DNA of 64,000 nucleotides, taken from positions 124,001 through 188,000 of IMG/VR virus record IMGVR_UViG_3300044731_002337. One strand, given 5' to 3'. Position numbers and translations under genes: made by a program. Positions 10,561 to 21,097 of the stretch are shown one piece after another (position 1 is the first letter of the stretch; every line of letters begins with the position of its first letter). Below the pieces are notes generated by a model, which searched no databases, was not told where the DNA came from, and saw only the letters and a list, made by a program, of their open reading frames with translations.

Positions 10561-13500
10561 ATAATGATTCAAGTGTATTCAAATCACTAGCGAATATTGC
10601 AAGTTTCTTATCCAAGTGAAGTTTGTTCTTCGTATCAATGGGTGGGAGGCATAAATTGAGGAATTGAGTGAATGCGGAAGTGGATAAATGTGCAGATAAA
10701 CCACAGCCTTTGATGCGTGAATCTTGATAGAGGTTTTGGATGTTGGAACTACTAAAATCTTTGACGACCCAGTTCATGATGTAAAAGTGAATGTGATTGG
10801 GGAGGTATGGGGAGCCAAATTGGAGGTGAATAAGGTAGTCTTTTGTAGCTACGGCGAGAAGATGACATGCCTTGTAAGTATCTTCTATGGTTGTGATGGT
10901 ATCTGAATCATAGGTACGATTTTGTCCTTCATAAAGTGAAAATTGTTTAAGAGGGATTTGTAAGGTCTTTTCAAGTAGTGTCTTGTGTTGAGAAATGAGG
11001 TTGATGATTTTGGCCATGACAACATTTGAATCCATGCCTACGACCACAGTGAGTACATGAGGTACCGTGTGAATCGTTACATGTCGTTGAAAGTTTCGTA
11101 TAGCTGTTTGCTCATCATCATCTTTAATGGGTGCAGTCACATCAACTTTGGGCTTATTATTGGTGATGGATTTTTCTAAGCTTTCTAAACGTTTTTGGAG
11201 AGCAGTTTGACCATTTCGTTGCGCATCAGCTAGGTCCTTCACATTTAAAGGTTCTTTGAGACCAGAAGTTTGTAATAATCGTGTGCTACGCTGTAAACTT
11301 GAATCATAAAGTTCTTGTAGATGAATGATTCGATCACGCTGATTACGTAATTGAATGGATTCATCTTTGACTTGTGCATTTATTTTATCTAAACGATCAC
11401 GTGTAATTTGATTGATCAGTTCATCGTCTTCAGCTTCATTGTCAAGTTGGATAACGATGGCCGGTGCTTTGGTGTCTAGATTTTCTTTCACTTGGGCTGC
11501 AGGGGCAATATCTTGTGTCTTTTGTATGAGGTCAACTTGGGTTAGGAGTGAATTGTGTCGATCTTTGAGTTCATCAATATCCTTGGGTGGATCCTTGGCA
11601 TGGATGAGTTCCTTAATTTGGTCCTGTGATTGACGAAGTTCTTTGACAATTGGTTTTAACCCATTCTCGGTTGTCGCTTCAGGTGCCTTGAGTTTTGCTG
11701 CTAATTTATCTTGTTGATCTCGAATTTGTTTGGGTTGTGGTGGTAGCATGAGTGAGTTGATACGTTCACGGGCGTCATTATATTTCAATGTGCATGCATC
11801 GATGGTGGTTTGGATGATAGTCGACGCCTTGGTTGGGTTTAATTCAAGATCATGGATACCCAACTCTTTGGCGGATCGAAGTTGGAGTAGAGTTTGAGTG
11901 ACAATGTGTTTCATTTGTTCACGAGCCCATTGACGATCAGTCTCTTTTGGGAAACGTTTAGGTAATTGAGAATCCAATAATTTACCCGTATCTTTTAATT
12001 GTTTCTCAATGAGTACAACCGCATCATTCAATTTATTCACCAATTCAGGTTCCTTTTTATTAACTTGTGATTCCAGTTCTTTTATTTTATTCTGTAATTG
12101 ATCTGTTTCCTTTTCATTGGACAAGAAACGATCCTGATACTTACGAAAGATTTGTAATTGTTCACCTTCTAGGGCACGTTTATCCTTAATGGCTTGATAA
12201 TCTGCTACTAAAATATTGTGCTGTTTTTGAGAAGCGATAATACGTTCTTCCAATTGTTTATTGAGAGCCAAAGCTTTCTCTAATTGATCTTGCCTGGATT
12301 CAGCGACTTGTTGGCGTTGTTCTAAATTGAGTACATGTTGTGCTTGACTAGCTGATTTCTTGTGACATGAATCTAGTTCATCGCGTATGGCTAAAATCTC
12401 TTGGTTCATTTGTTCGACATTGTCTGCTGATTTACAATGTTTAATTTTTTGTTTGTATTCCTGAAGCTCGTTTTCTAATTGTGACCGTTCTGCAGCGAGC
12501 ACTTTGGCCGTTTCTAATTGTTTAGCGACCTCGGCTTGAAGTTGCTTCGTAACGGTTTCACAAGTCATGGACGCCTCTTTGAGTTTTTGATTATCGGTTG
12601 CCATGGTCTTGAGACGTTCCAGCTCCAAACTTTGATTCTCAAACATGGCCTTTTTCATGTTGTACTCACTTTCCAATAGTTGATATTTGGTAGGGTCAGA
12701 GTGTGATACAAGTCGTTTGGTGAGTGTCTCGAGTTCTCGTTTTGCCTCCTTAAGTTGTGATTCCATTTCCTTCTTTTCGTTGGTGAGCTGTACAATAACC
12801 TGTGTAATCTTGGTGGTCTCTGGTTTGGTGGATTTCACAGGTGAAGTTGGATCAGTCAGTTTGGCCCGTAATTCTTCTAGACGTGAAATAGTCTCTGTTA
12901 TGGGTACTAACATGGGTTCATCTGCACGAATCGCCTTGACCTGTTCTGCTAATGAATGAATATGTTTCAGAAAGGCTCCATTTTTAGCGACACATGAAGT
13001 ACTGATATCATGGGCGAATCCAACGCGTTGTTCTACTTGTTGGTATTGAGTGTTCAGTTCATTCCAGCGTTTCTCCCAATCTGCTTCTTTCGCTTTCCAC
13101 GCCTTTTCATTGGCATCTTTCTCAGCAAGGATTCGTTTGACAGAAGAGTCTTTATCATCGATAAGCTTGGCAATAGAGGATTCCTTATCCGTCAAGATTT
13201 TTCGCAAGGTAACTTCTTTATCCTCGATAAGTTTCTTAATGGTTGAATCTTTGGAAAGGTTGGAAGCTTGATATTCGTCAGTTAGCTTTTTTATGGTGGA
13301 TTCACGTTCTTTGTGCACTTGATGTAGTTCTTGAGTAAGCTGTTTGATGCGTTGTTCTAATGTATAATATTGGGATTTAGCGTTTGCCAAGTTTTGTTTA
13401 TCAATAGGGGCATCATTGGTTAGGGTGGTAATCAATTCTAAAAGTGATGTCGTATCCTCATAAATGGTTTGTAATGATTGATGTTGGTCAATATAGGCAT

Positions 13501-13888
13501 TGTTTTGGTCCTTCAATTGATCATAAACTAGTTGAAGACGTGCAAGCTTAGTCTGATTATAATTAAATCGGTCAGTAACACGTGTTAGTTCAGCAGCGAC
13601 TTGATCACCTTGTTGAATAAATGTATTGATTTGAGTTTGTGTCTTGGATTTACAATCATCATTGGTACATGCAGCTAGTTCTTTGGTAAGACGATCACGT
13701 TGTTCTTGAAGTTGAAGACGTTGTTTGGTTAGGTCTTGACTTTGTAATTTCGCCTGGTTCATATCTTGGGTTAATTCATCTAATAGTTCTTTATAGTGTT
13801 GAATGATTTGTGTATTGGTTTCTGAACGGCTACGTAAAGAGGTATTATGTTGATTCAACTTTTCACGAATTCGTGTAAGTTCATTCAT
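10514..13888 (-). CDS. Large coiled-coil protein (about 1124 aa)
   Basis: Long heptad-rich Q/E/K/L sequence; likely start MNELTRI at 13888 after an A-run. Confidence 0.75.
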   Translation of the reverse strand: MNELTRIREKLNQHNTSLRSRSETNTQIIQHYKELLDELTQDMNQAKLQSQDLTKQRLQLQEQRDRLTKELAACTNDDCKSKTQTQINTFIQQGDQVAAELTRVTDRFNYNQTKLARLQLVYDQLKDQNNAYIDQHQSLQTIYEDTTSLLELITTLTNDAPIDKQNLANAKSQYYTLEQRIKQLTQELHQVHKERESTIKKLTDEYQASNLSKDSTIKKLIEDKEVTLRKILTDKESSIAKLIDDKDSSVKRILAEKDANEKAWKAKEADWEKRWNELNTQYQQVEQRVGFAHDISTSCVAKNGAFLKHIHSLAEQVKAIRADEPMLVPITETISRLEELRAKLTDPTSPVKSTKPETTKITQVIVQLTNEKKEMESQLKEAKRELETLTKRLVSHSDPTKYQLLESEYNMKKAMFENQSLELERLKTMATDNQKLKEASMTCETVTKQLQAEVAKQLETAKVLAAERSQLENELQEYKQKIKHCKSADNVEQMNQEILAIRDELDSCHKKSASQAQHVLNLEQRQQVAESRQDQLEKALALNKQLEERIIASQKQHNILVADYQAIKDKRALEGEQLQIFRKYQDRFLSNEKETDQLQNKIKELESQVNKKEPELVNKLNDAVVLIEKQLKDTGKLLDSQLPKRFPKETDRQWAREQMKHIVTQTLLQLRSAKELGIHDLELNPTKASTIIQTTIDACTLKYNDARERINSLMLPPQPKQIRDQQDKLAAKLKAPEATTENGLKPIVKELRQSQDQIKELIHAKDPPKDIDELKDRHNSLLTQVDLIQKTQDIAPAAQVKENLDTKAPAIVIQLDNEAEDDELINQITRDRLDKINAQVKDESIQLRNQRDRIIHLQELYDSSLQRSTRLLQTSGLKEPLNVKDLADAQRNGQTALQKRLESLEKSITNNKPKVDVTAPIKDDDEQTAIRNFQRHVTIHTVPHVLTVVVGMDSNVVMAKIINLISQHKTLLEKTLQIPLKQFSLYEGQNRTYDSDTITTIEDTYKACHLLAVATKDYLIHLQFGSPYLPNHIHFYIMNWVVKDFSSSNIQNLYQDSRIKGCGLSAHLSTSAFTQFLNLCLPPIDTKNKLHLDKKLAIFASDLNTLESLSMLQNKTFADAPPQN

Positions 13889-13933
13889 TTGCTCCTTTTT
13901 TTTTTTATTTATGACAGATAAAAGTAAAAAAAA

Positions 13934-14992
13934 ATGAAACATAGAGAGTTAACCCTTGTAACAGAAATCGATACTTTACATGATGTAATCTCACAAGGCG
14001 AAAAATCATGGATGGATCAATTGTCTAAGAAAGTAATCAATCCGCCTAAACTATGGCATAGAGTATATTATTATAAGCGTTTTTATCAACGATTTGCTGA
14101 AGCTCGTTATCGTTTTAATCATTTAATTTTACCAGTATTAGTGTGTAAATATCCTGATGCAACTAGACAAGTTCAATCGCTAGCTACTGCATTAGACATT
14201 TGGTATACGAATCCACAAGAGGACCGTTTCATATGTGATTTGATTCGAGCGATCAAGGTATGGTTACATGAAACACAAAAGAAGAGTGATGAGTATTTGC
14301 CAGTATTTCGAGAGTTGCGGAGGCAATTTGTGGTGGAAATATTGGTGAATAGGGATGTGATGATGGTAAAAAATAATATACATGAATTGATGATGTATTC
14401 TACTTTATTATGGTGTTCTCGAGGAGAGTCTCAATCTGAGATGGAATATAATCGTGGATTACCACATGAAGAGATGGCATCTGATGTACAAGATATATTG
14501 CGCCAGGTAAGGGAATATTGTCGAAAGTTAAGGTTCAAGAGGCCTCAAGAAGGGATTGCTATAAAGCATATGAGTCCATGTGAGCAATGGCATGAATTGG
14601 TATTGTATATCATGTCCTTATTTGAAATGAATCATATCATTGGTAAAGATGCATATGTCACAAGATATGAAAATGTGGATTGGATTTATATGAAGGATTG
14701 TAAAGAGATTGAATCGATTATTGAACATCCAAGTTTTTGGTTGAAGAAAAAGTTTGATATGTCATCTCCCATTGAGTTAAAGTTTAATTATTCGCAATGG
14801 TTACAGTCGAATAAGAATACGGGTTCATTGGATACTTTACCTATTCCATCTTCATTTTCTTATCATGTTAAAAATGATTGGACGGTTCAAGCACAAAAAG
14901 ATTCCCATTTGATTATAACGTCTCTGGCGATAGGCATGTGGATAGTTTACCGATTGAACCATTGGGTTATTGCTCACAGTATTCAACTATAA
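13934..14992 (+). CDS. Hypothetical protein with possible C-terminal TM
   Basis: 352 aa ORF. Confidence 0.7.
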   Translation: MKHRELTLVTEIDTLHDVISQGEKSWMDQLSKKVINPPKLWHRVYYYKRFYQRFAEARYRFNHLILPVLVCKYPDATRQVQSLATALDIWYTNPQEDRFICDLIRAIKVWLHETQKKSDEYLPVFRELRRQFVVEILVNRDVMMVKNNIHELMMYSTLLWCSRGESQSEMEYNRGLPHEEMASDVQDILRQVREYCRKLRFKRPQEGIAIKHMSPCEQWHELVLYIMSLFEMNHIIGKDAYVTRYENVDWIYMKDCKEIESIIEHPSFWLKKKFDMSSPIELKFNYSQWLQSNKNTGSLDTLPIPSSFSYHVKNDWTVQAQKDSHLIITSLAIGMWIVYRLNHWVIAHSIQL

Positions 14993-16414
14993 ATGAGTCA
15001 AGACGATCCTATGACAGCTTGGTTATTAGGAAAGACTTCACCCAAATCTTCTCCATCGCCACCACCAAGGAAACAAGCTTCCATCAAGGAAATGTTTTCG
15101 GTCAAAGCTCCAGAGCCAATTAAGAATATGTCTTCTATAGACGACTTATTCCCATTGACACGATTGACACCACAAGATGAATTTGATAAGATGCAAGTCG
15201 AGGTCCAGGAAAGAAGGGAAGAAAGGAAGAGTTCATTTGGTGTAAGGATAGGTGGAGTGAAATCGTTGGTGAGTAGTGGAGTCAAGTCAAAGCCTTATGA
15301 GATGCCACCACATTATGTGAATGAAGGACACATCAAGAAGGTCAAGGCATGGATCTTGAATACGGAGAGAACATGTCCATTAGCTTGGATTTGTGGTCCT
15401 TGTGGATGCGGAAAGACGTATATTGCTCAAAAAGCGTTGCAAGGAATTACGATCATTTCATTGGACGTTGATAGTGATATGTATACGTTGGAATATTTGC
15501 GAGAGTTATCGAATACTCGTGAATCAGTGGTCTTTGTATTGGACAATGTATCCTTTTCTGAATCTTCGGTGATGACCTTGTTGAAATTAGTAGTGCAACT
15601 ATGGGGTATCAAGAAGGATAAGAAGCAAAAGAGGCCAAAAGGACGATATGTGCCTTTGGTGTTGATTACAGAGGAGACTTATCATGCCAAGTTTAATGAA
15701 CATGTGGCGAATCTGGTGAATCACCTGAAAGTTACGGTAACACTTCCCAGTGAAACCCAAACTGAGGATATGATCAAAAAGTTGAGTTTGTCTCAAGTCA
15801 CGGCGAAGGATGTAGGATGTAATTGGCACAAGTTACGTATTCAAAAAGAGTCTGGAATTCATTATGGCATCATGTATTTGGGTAATTCGATCTTTGAGCA
15901 GTTTAAAATGTTATTCACATTAGCGAATCTGGAGAAATGGTATTACTTGTGGAGACTAGATGAGGAACAATGGATAAACATGATGTGGGAAAATATACCA
16001 AGTCGAGTATCTATTTCTCAATGGAGCAATATCACAGAATCGTTATCAGCCAATGCGATCATGTATTTGAATATTAGGGAAGAAATTGGTCGGTTTATTT
16101 GCCATGAGTTGAAACAGTATACTGAATACGTGTCTTTGCCATCCAAGGTGTATTTTCCAGCTGTGGCTTATGTGGAACGAGAATTGGTCAAGATATTACA
16201 ATTATTGAATAAGGCGGAACTGGATGAATTGATGAAGACGGAAAAGAAGAAGCGTAAAAAGATGGATACAAGTACAATGATTGAGAGACGGATACATCCT
16301 ATCGCAGCATGGAGAGGCGATTGTGATCCAGAAAAGTATGCTCGATTAGTCTTTGAAAATCCATGTCCAGACATTGTGCAAAGATATACCAGTTTATTAA
16401 AATGTACATTATAA
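14993..16414 (+). CDS. AAA+ ATPase, replication factor C large-subunit-like
   Basis: Walker A GPCGCGKT, Walker-B-like FVLDNV, PLVLITEE; TAAATG start context. Confidence 0.7.
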   Translation: MSQDDPMTAWLLGKTSPKSSPSPPPRKQASIKEMFSVKAPEPIKNMSSIDDLFPLTRLTPQDEFDKMQVEVQERREERKSSFGVRIGGVKSLVSSGVKSKPYEMPPHYVNEGHIKKVKAWILNTERTCPLAWICGPCGCGKTYIAQKALQGITIISLDVDSDMYTLEYLRELSNTRESVVFVLDNVSFSESSVMTLLKLVVQLWGIKKDKKQKRPKGRYVPLVLITEETYHAKFNEHVANLVNHLKVTVTLPSETQTEDMIKKLSLSQVTAKDVGCNWHKLRIQKESGIHYGIMYLGNSIFEQFKMLFTLANLEKWYYLWRLDEEQWINMMWENIPSRVSISQWSNITESLSANAIMYLNIREEIGRFICHELKQYTEYVSLPSKVYFPAVAYVERELVKILQLLNKAELDELMKTEKKKRKKMDTSTMIERRIHPIAAWRGDCDPEKYARLVFENPCPDIVQRYTSLLKCTL

Positions 16415-16466
16415 CGTCGTCATGCAAACTTGCGGTAACTTTTGGTTTATTCGAAGAGGTCACATT
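16413..16466 (+). repeat. Solo copy of the dispersed GGTAAC-family repeat
   Basis: 47 of 54 nt identical to 51456..51509; begins at the stop codon of the RFC-like gene. Confidence 0.8.
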
Positions 16467-16527
16467 AAGAATGAATTGTCCGATGAAAGTTGATGGATGA
16501 TTTATAATTTTTTCATTTATGTGAGAA

Positions 16528-17163
16528 ATGTATTTGGTGGGTCTAGATATTAGTTTGCGAAGTCCTGGATGGGTTGTGATTGATGAGGTGAAGAAGGTTA
16601 TACATTTATTTGGGTTACGGCAGAGAGTGAGTGATCCTTTAGGAATGTTTTGTGGGCTATGTAAAGAAGGATATACATTCAAGTTTACCCTACTATTTCA
16701 TCCATCGTTTCATTTATCCTCGGATACGGTGGCCAATCGAACCACTATCTATCAGTACATTAGTATGGCCATCATGTCAAGTTTAGTGTTAGCTATGCCA
16801 GAGCACAAAGTGAGGCCTGTTCATGTTTTGATTGAGAATTATGTGTATGGGGCTGTAGGGAGTCAAGCTATTCATTTATTATGTGAATTGGGCGGTCTAA
16901 TTCGAACCCATATTCATGCTACATTTCCTCAAGCTGTATGGGTTGAAAAGATGGCAGTATCGATTAAGAAATCGTTTACGGGATCAGGAAGAGCTAAGAA
17001 GAAGGATATGATTAATGAGTATCATCGACGGGGTTATCCTGAACTACCAAGTTCGTCTCATCCTTGGGAGGACATGGTGGACGCTTTAGCAATGGCTCTA
17101 TGTTTACGTGATAACTTGGTCAAACCTGCAATCTCATTCACATCGCAATCAAAATTGGGATAA
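16528..17163 (+). CDS. RuvC-like (poxvirus A22-type) Holliday junction resolvase
   Basis: VGLDISLRSPG, VLIENY, KKSFTGSGRAKKKDM, DMVDALAM. Confidence 0.88.
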   Translation: MYLVGLDISLRSPGWVVIDEVKKVIHLFGLRQRVSDPLGMFCGLCKEGYTFKFTLLFHPSFHLSSDTVANRTTIYQYISMAIMSSLVLAMPEHKVRPVHVLIENYVYGAVGSQAIHLLCELGGLIRTHIHATFPQAVWVEKMAVSIKKSFTGSGRAKKKDMINEYHRRGYPELPSSSHPWEDMVDALAMALCLRDNLVKPAISFTSQSKLG

Positions 17164-17525
17164 GCTGCAATGACAGTTTCCATGAAGCTTTGAGTAATAT
17201 GATCATGATAATCATTAATTTGTTTACGTAATGTTTGAAGTTTATGTTCTCCTGTCAGTCCTAAACGACTTTCAGCTTGAAGTGGCCCATTATGACGACG
17301 AACTAACTCATCCATGATAATTTTGGATTCCACTATACCCTGTAATTTGAACATGGGGTGTGATGTATTTGCAGACTCGAGTAATAAACGTGCAGCTTCT
17401 TGTACACGTTCTTGATCAAGTGCAATATCATCACGTTTGCAGCGATAGTTCTCGTGGGCCTGAAAGCTAAGTACGACAACGAGAAGGGCAAAGATGAAAA
17501 AGGCGATGGCGGTAGCAGAGGCCAT
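17058..17525 (-). CDS. Hypothetical protein with N-terminal signal/TM
   Basis: MASATAIAFFIFALLVVVLSF; the 3' end overlaps the resolvase gene. Confidence 0.6.
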   Translation of the reverse strand: MASATAIAFFIFALLVVVLSFQAHENYRCKRDDIALDQERVQEAARLLLESANTSHPMFKLQGIVESKIIMDELVRRHNGPLQAESRLGLTGEHKLQTLRKQINDYHDHITQSFMETVIAAYPNFDCDVNEIAGLTKLSRKHRAIAKASTMSSQG

Positions 17526-17549
17526 TTTAGTTTCTTTTTTTTTTTATTA

Positions 17550-18311
17550 TTAGAATGGTGAAATAGTTATTTTGTTCTCGTCTCGCAGATCCATGACCCA
17601 GTTTTGGGGTGGTAGGTCAAAATGTTTGGCAATGGTAAAATACTCGTGTGCAGGATCAGTTGGCATCATAATGCGAACTCCATTCTTGAAATTCACCGCC
17701 TGATTTTTATCTGAGGTCATTACGATCATAGGTTGTTCATGTAGAAGCCCTTGAGTAATGGGGAGACATCGTTGTAAACAAAGTAATAATTGTCGAATAA
17801 AATGTTTTTCATTATCAATTTCTTTGCTGAATGTATTGTATCCGCCAATATAATGTAACTGTGATCCATTCCAAAAAATAAGGGGATAAGTTCCAAAATA
17901 ATTAGGTATGCGGTCAATGATTCGGTAGTTACCAATGAGGGAATTGAGTTGATTGATTTTTGAATAATGGGTATGATGATACTGGGGATATTTTTTCGAG
18001 GGTAAAGGTTGGTTGAGTAGTGATTTGGCGGCATTCGAGTAGCCGCAAGTGGAAAGGCCTAATCCAAGGAATCCATGTGGAGCTGATTCAAGGATGGATG
18101 GTGGAACAAAATAATTGTAAAAATGACGCATAGCAACAAGGCAATCACCATCTGTATTGTAATCTAGCCAATTTTCCGTGTTCGGTTTACGTAAACGATG
18201 GAGTACACGTTGTTGGGGATCGACGTGACGTGTATTTACGAAATGAGACAAATCACTCAATTGGGATAAGAATGTAGGGTTATGTTCACGTGTTGTCCAA
18301 TTAAGGTTCAT
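17550..18311 (-). CDS. Hypothetical protein
   Basis: 253 aa ORF with an A-run before the ATG. Confidence 0.65.
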   Translation of the reverse strand: MNLNWTTREHNPTFLSQLSDLSHFVNTRHVDPQQRVLHRLRKPNTENWLDYNTDGDCLVAMRHFYNYFVPPSILESAPHGFLGLGLSTCGYSNAAKSLLNQPLPSKKYPQYHHTHYSKINQLNSLIGNYRIIDRIPNYFGTYPLIFWNGSQLHYIGGYNTFSKEIDNEKHFIRQLLLCLQRCLPITQGLLHEQPMIVMTSDKNQAVNFKNGVRIMMPTDPAHEYFTIAKHFDLPPQNWVMDLRDENKITISPF

Positions 18312-18346
18312 TTTTTTTTATAAATAGGGGTATAAAAAAACATCAA

Positions 18347-19777
18347 ATGGCAGCTACTTCTTCTTGGACATCACTGGAGATAGATGATAAGTCCAAAGAC
18401 ATATTTACTAATGCAACCAAGTTCAAAATACTTTTACGTTATGTATACATTCATACGTCAGGATCCACTCCAAGTTTTGAGGATGTAAAAACGGCATTGA
18501 AAACAGTTCACAAGAATAACATTTACCCAATCATGGGGGATACACCAGTTTCAACAGAGAGACCATGGCGTGAAGGTCATATTTATCTCAGTCCAACCTC
18601 AGATTTACCTGATGCCCAAATCGAGGAGATCATTGTGAGTGAATCGGTGTTAAGTGGATTTGTGACCAGAACAAGTACGGTTGCGAATTTAGTTAGCAAG
18701 TTATCATCATTTGTACCTAATGTAGATGGGAGCTTATATATGTTTATTGTACAGAACATGAATCTGAATGGGGTACCTATACCACTGTTGGATACCCATA
18801 GTGAAACAGCTTCGGCTATGATCTCGAGATTTGGATTTGTCTCCTCACAGACATTAAATATCAGTGGTATTGAAAATCCATATCCTTCCTTTAATTCTGG
18901 ATACAAGACGATTTTACATGCATTGGGTCATATGTTGGGACTTCCACATCCGTTCAAGCATGAAGATTGTGGAGCTACATTTACGGATTCATTGAATACA
19001 AATTATTCGGGTCGAACATTGAGCCGTGTACATGATGAGTTGTATGCGGACAAGCAAAAATATGATAATATGTTTGTTACGTTGGATGCTAATGGTCAAG
19101 TCGAGGGAACCAATTCATTTCGGATCAGTAATTTAATTGGAACCAAACCATTGGATATGTTTACTAATTTTCAAAATGCGGCGTTCGATTATACATGTGT
19201 CTCCAAAACAGCCCCACTTCGAGAAGGAGCTAAACGTATGATGGATGTGTCACCGGATGATGTTCGTTTAGGTTTTACAAATGATAATGTGGTATTAATG
19301 CGTCGAAACTTAATGAATTACGACAAGTCAAAGTCGGTTTCTGGGGCTAGTGGAATATTTGGGGTTACATTGGAAAAGGGTACTACAGGTCGAGTACCGG
19401 ATACAAAATGTGATAACGACGCATGTAAGCCTCCCAAACCAACAACACCTCCTCCTGGGACAAATACTGGACTAACAACGGTGAAGACTTCATCCAAACT
19501 GAGTGTAGGGGCCATTATTGGTATTGTATTAGGGGTACTAGCTTTCTTACTCATTGTTGGATATTTTGGCTATCGATATCGTAAAAATAAAATGAAACCC
19601 AAGACGCCATTATTACCTGCAACGAAAGGAGTTGTACCTGCAGCTAATGTAGCACCTGAACTCTATCAAGGTCCTGCTGCAAATCTTGAAATCCTAAAAC
19701 CTATGGAACCTTTAGCTAAGCCAGATCCTAAAGCCAAACCAGTAGAAGGCGAACGTATCGATTGGGATAATATTTAA
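18347..19777 (+). CDS. Pappalysin/M43-like metzincin, probably inactive, type-I membrane protein
   Basis: HALGHMLGLPH (HExxHxxGxxH with Glu replaced by Ala), AAFDY at the NxMDY Met-turn position, C-terminal TM AIIGIVLGVLAFLLIVGYFGY. Confidence 0.75.
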   Translation: MAATSSWTSLEIDDKSKDIFTNATKFKILLRYVYIHTSGSTPSFEDVKTALKTVHKNNIYPIMGDTPVSTERPWREGHIYLSPTSDLPDAQIEEIIVSESVLSGFVTRTSTVANLVSKLSSFVPNVDGSLYMFIVQNMNLNGVPIPLLDTHSETASAMISRFGFVSSQTLNISGIENPYPSFNSGYKTILHALGHMLGLPHPFKHEDCGATFTDSLNTNYSGRTLSRVHDELYADKQKYDNMFVTLDANGQVEGTNSFRISNLIGTKPLDMFTNFQNAAFDYTCVSKTAPLREGAKRMMDVSPDDVRLGFTNDNVVLMRRNLMNYDKSKSVSGASGIFGVTLEKGTTGRVPDTKCDNDACKPPKPTTPPPGTNTGLTTVKTSSKLSVGAIIGIVLGVLAFLLIVGYFGYRYRKNKMKPKTPLLPATKGVVPAANVAPELYQGPAANLEILKPMEPLAKPDPKAKPVEGERIDWDNI

Positions 19778-19975
19778 CCTTGACTAATAAATATGGATCA
19801 TTTTCTAATTTTTTTTTTGGTTCTATTGTTTGGAAAAAAAAAAGGTGGAGTCCAACACCTGACAAAGTGATTAGATTAGAACATGTGTGTACATACATTA
19901 TACATCATAACATCTTACCCATTAAGCTACGCACCAAACACGGCATAATATTGGGGGTACTTAATCCATCCACCT

Positions 19976-20635
19976 TTTTTCCAATTGAAAAACATTTTGT
20001 ACTTCTTTTATCGCCGTGAAAAAATATTTTATTCAAATTGAAAAGACATCGTTACTTCTTCTATTGAGATGGAAAAACATTTTTACTTCTTCGATTTACA
20101 TGGAAAGAGATTTTTATCACCTCGAAATACTTTTGTTCCTAATGAAAAACATTTTTACCTCTTCTATTGCCATGAAAAAATATTTTCAACACCTCGAGAA
20201 ACTTTTTTCTAAATGGAAAAACATTTTTATTCCAGTTGAAAACATTTTTACTTCTTTTATCACCGTGAAAAAACATTTTATTCCAATTGAAAAACATTTT
20301 TTACTTCTTTTATCCAAATGGAAAAATATTTTCTATCACCTCGAAAGGTATTTTACTTCTTTTATCCAAATGCAAAAACATTTTTATTCCAATTGAAAAA
20401 CATTTTTTTACTTCTTCTATTGCCATGAAAAAACATTTTTAACACCTTGAACAACTTTTATTCCAATTGAAAACATTTTTACTTCTATTATCGCCGTGAA
20501 AAACATTTTATTCCAATTGAAAACATTTTTACTCCTTTTATTGCTATGGAAAAACATTTTATTCCAAAGTGAAAACATTTTTTACTTCTTGTATCACCTC
20601 GAAATACTTTTATTCCTGATGAAAAACATTTATTC
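19976..20635. repeat. AT-rich interspersed repeat array with core (T/G)GAAAAA(C/T)ATTTT
   Basis: About 20 cores counted by eye, alternating with TTCCAATT and TACTTCTTTTATC(G/A)CCG linkers; non-coding interval between convergent genes. Confidence 0.9.
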
Positions 20636-20649
20636 GAATGAATAAGAAG

Positions 20650-21015
20650 TTACGTGTCAGAGTCTTCTGTGAGAAAAAGGGCTTGCATAATTTGTTTGGC
20701 GTACCAGTGACAATGGAAACGGTCCAGCATTGTGACTAATGCGGATTCGACGCCACCCAGAGTTCGGTTCCAATCGTTTCGATAGAGAAAGAATACGGCC
20801 TTGTGTTGAAAAGATTTGTGTTCATCATCGTCATCATGCCATGTAATTGTATACATGAGTGTATTGCTATTATGTACTTCGAAACAGCCAAAGAAAATAT
20901 GCCACATCCAATTTTCATCTTTATCATCCATGGAAAAGGGTAATTCAGAACCGATTGCCTTGGAACGAATAAAATCACAAAACTCATCAATCATACTTGG
21001 TACAAAACATGCCAT
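20650..21015 (-). CDS. Hypothetical protein
   Basis: 121 aa ORF. Confidence 0.55.
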   Translation of the reverse strand: MACFVPSMIDEFCDFIRSKAIGSELPFSMDDKDENWMWHIFFGCFEVHNSNTLMYTITWHDDDDEHKSFQHKAVFFLYRNDWNRTLGGVESALVTMLDRFHCHWYAKQIMQALFLTEDSDT

Positions 21016-21097
21016 TCTCCTTATATAGGTTTTTTTTTACCTTCCTATCATGTTATTGTATGTTGTTTTGAGGTTATACGTGAGAAATAAAATAGTT

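Noticed and set aside
20016-20396. 126-aa ORF (and ORF 19780..20019)
   Set aside because: These are translations of the repeat array (recurring KNIF/KHF); probably not genes
19976-20635. CRISPR-like array
   Set aside because: The linkers between cores are themselves repeated rather than unique spacers, unit length is irregular, and no cas genes are present
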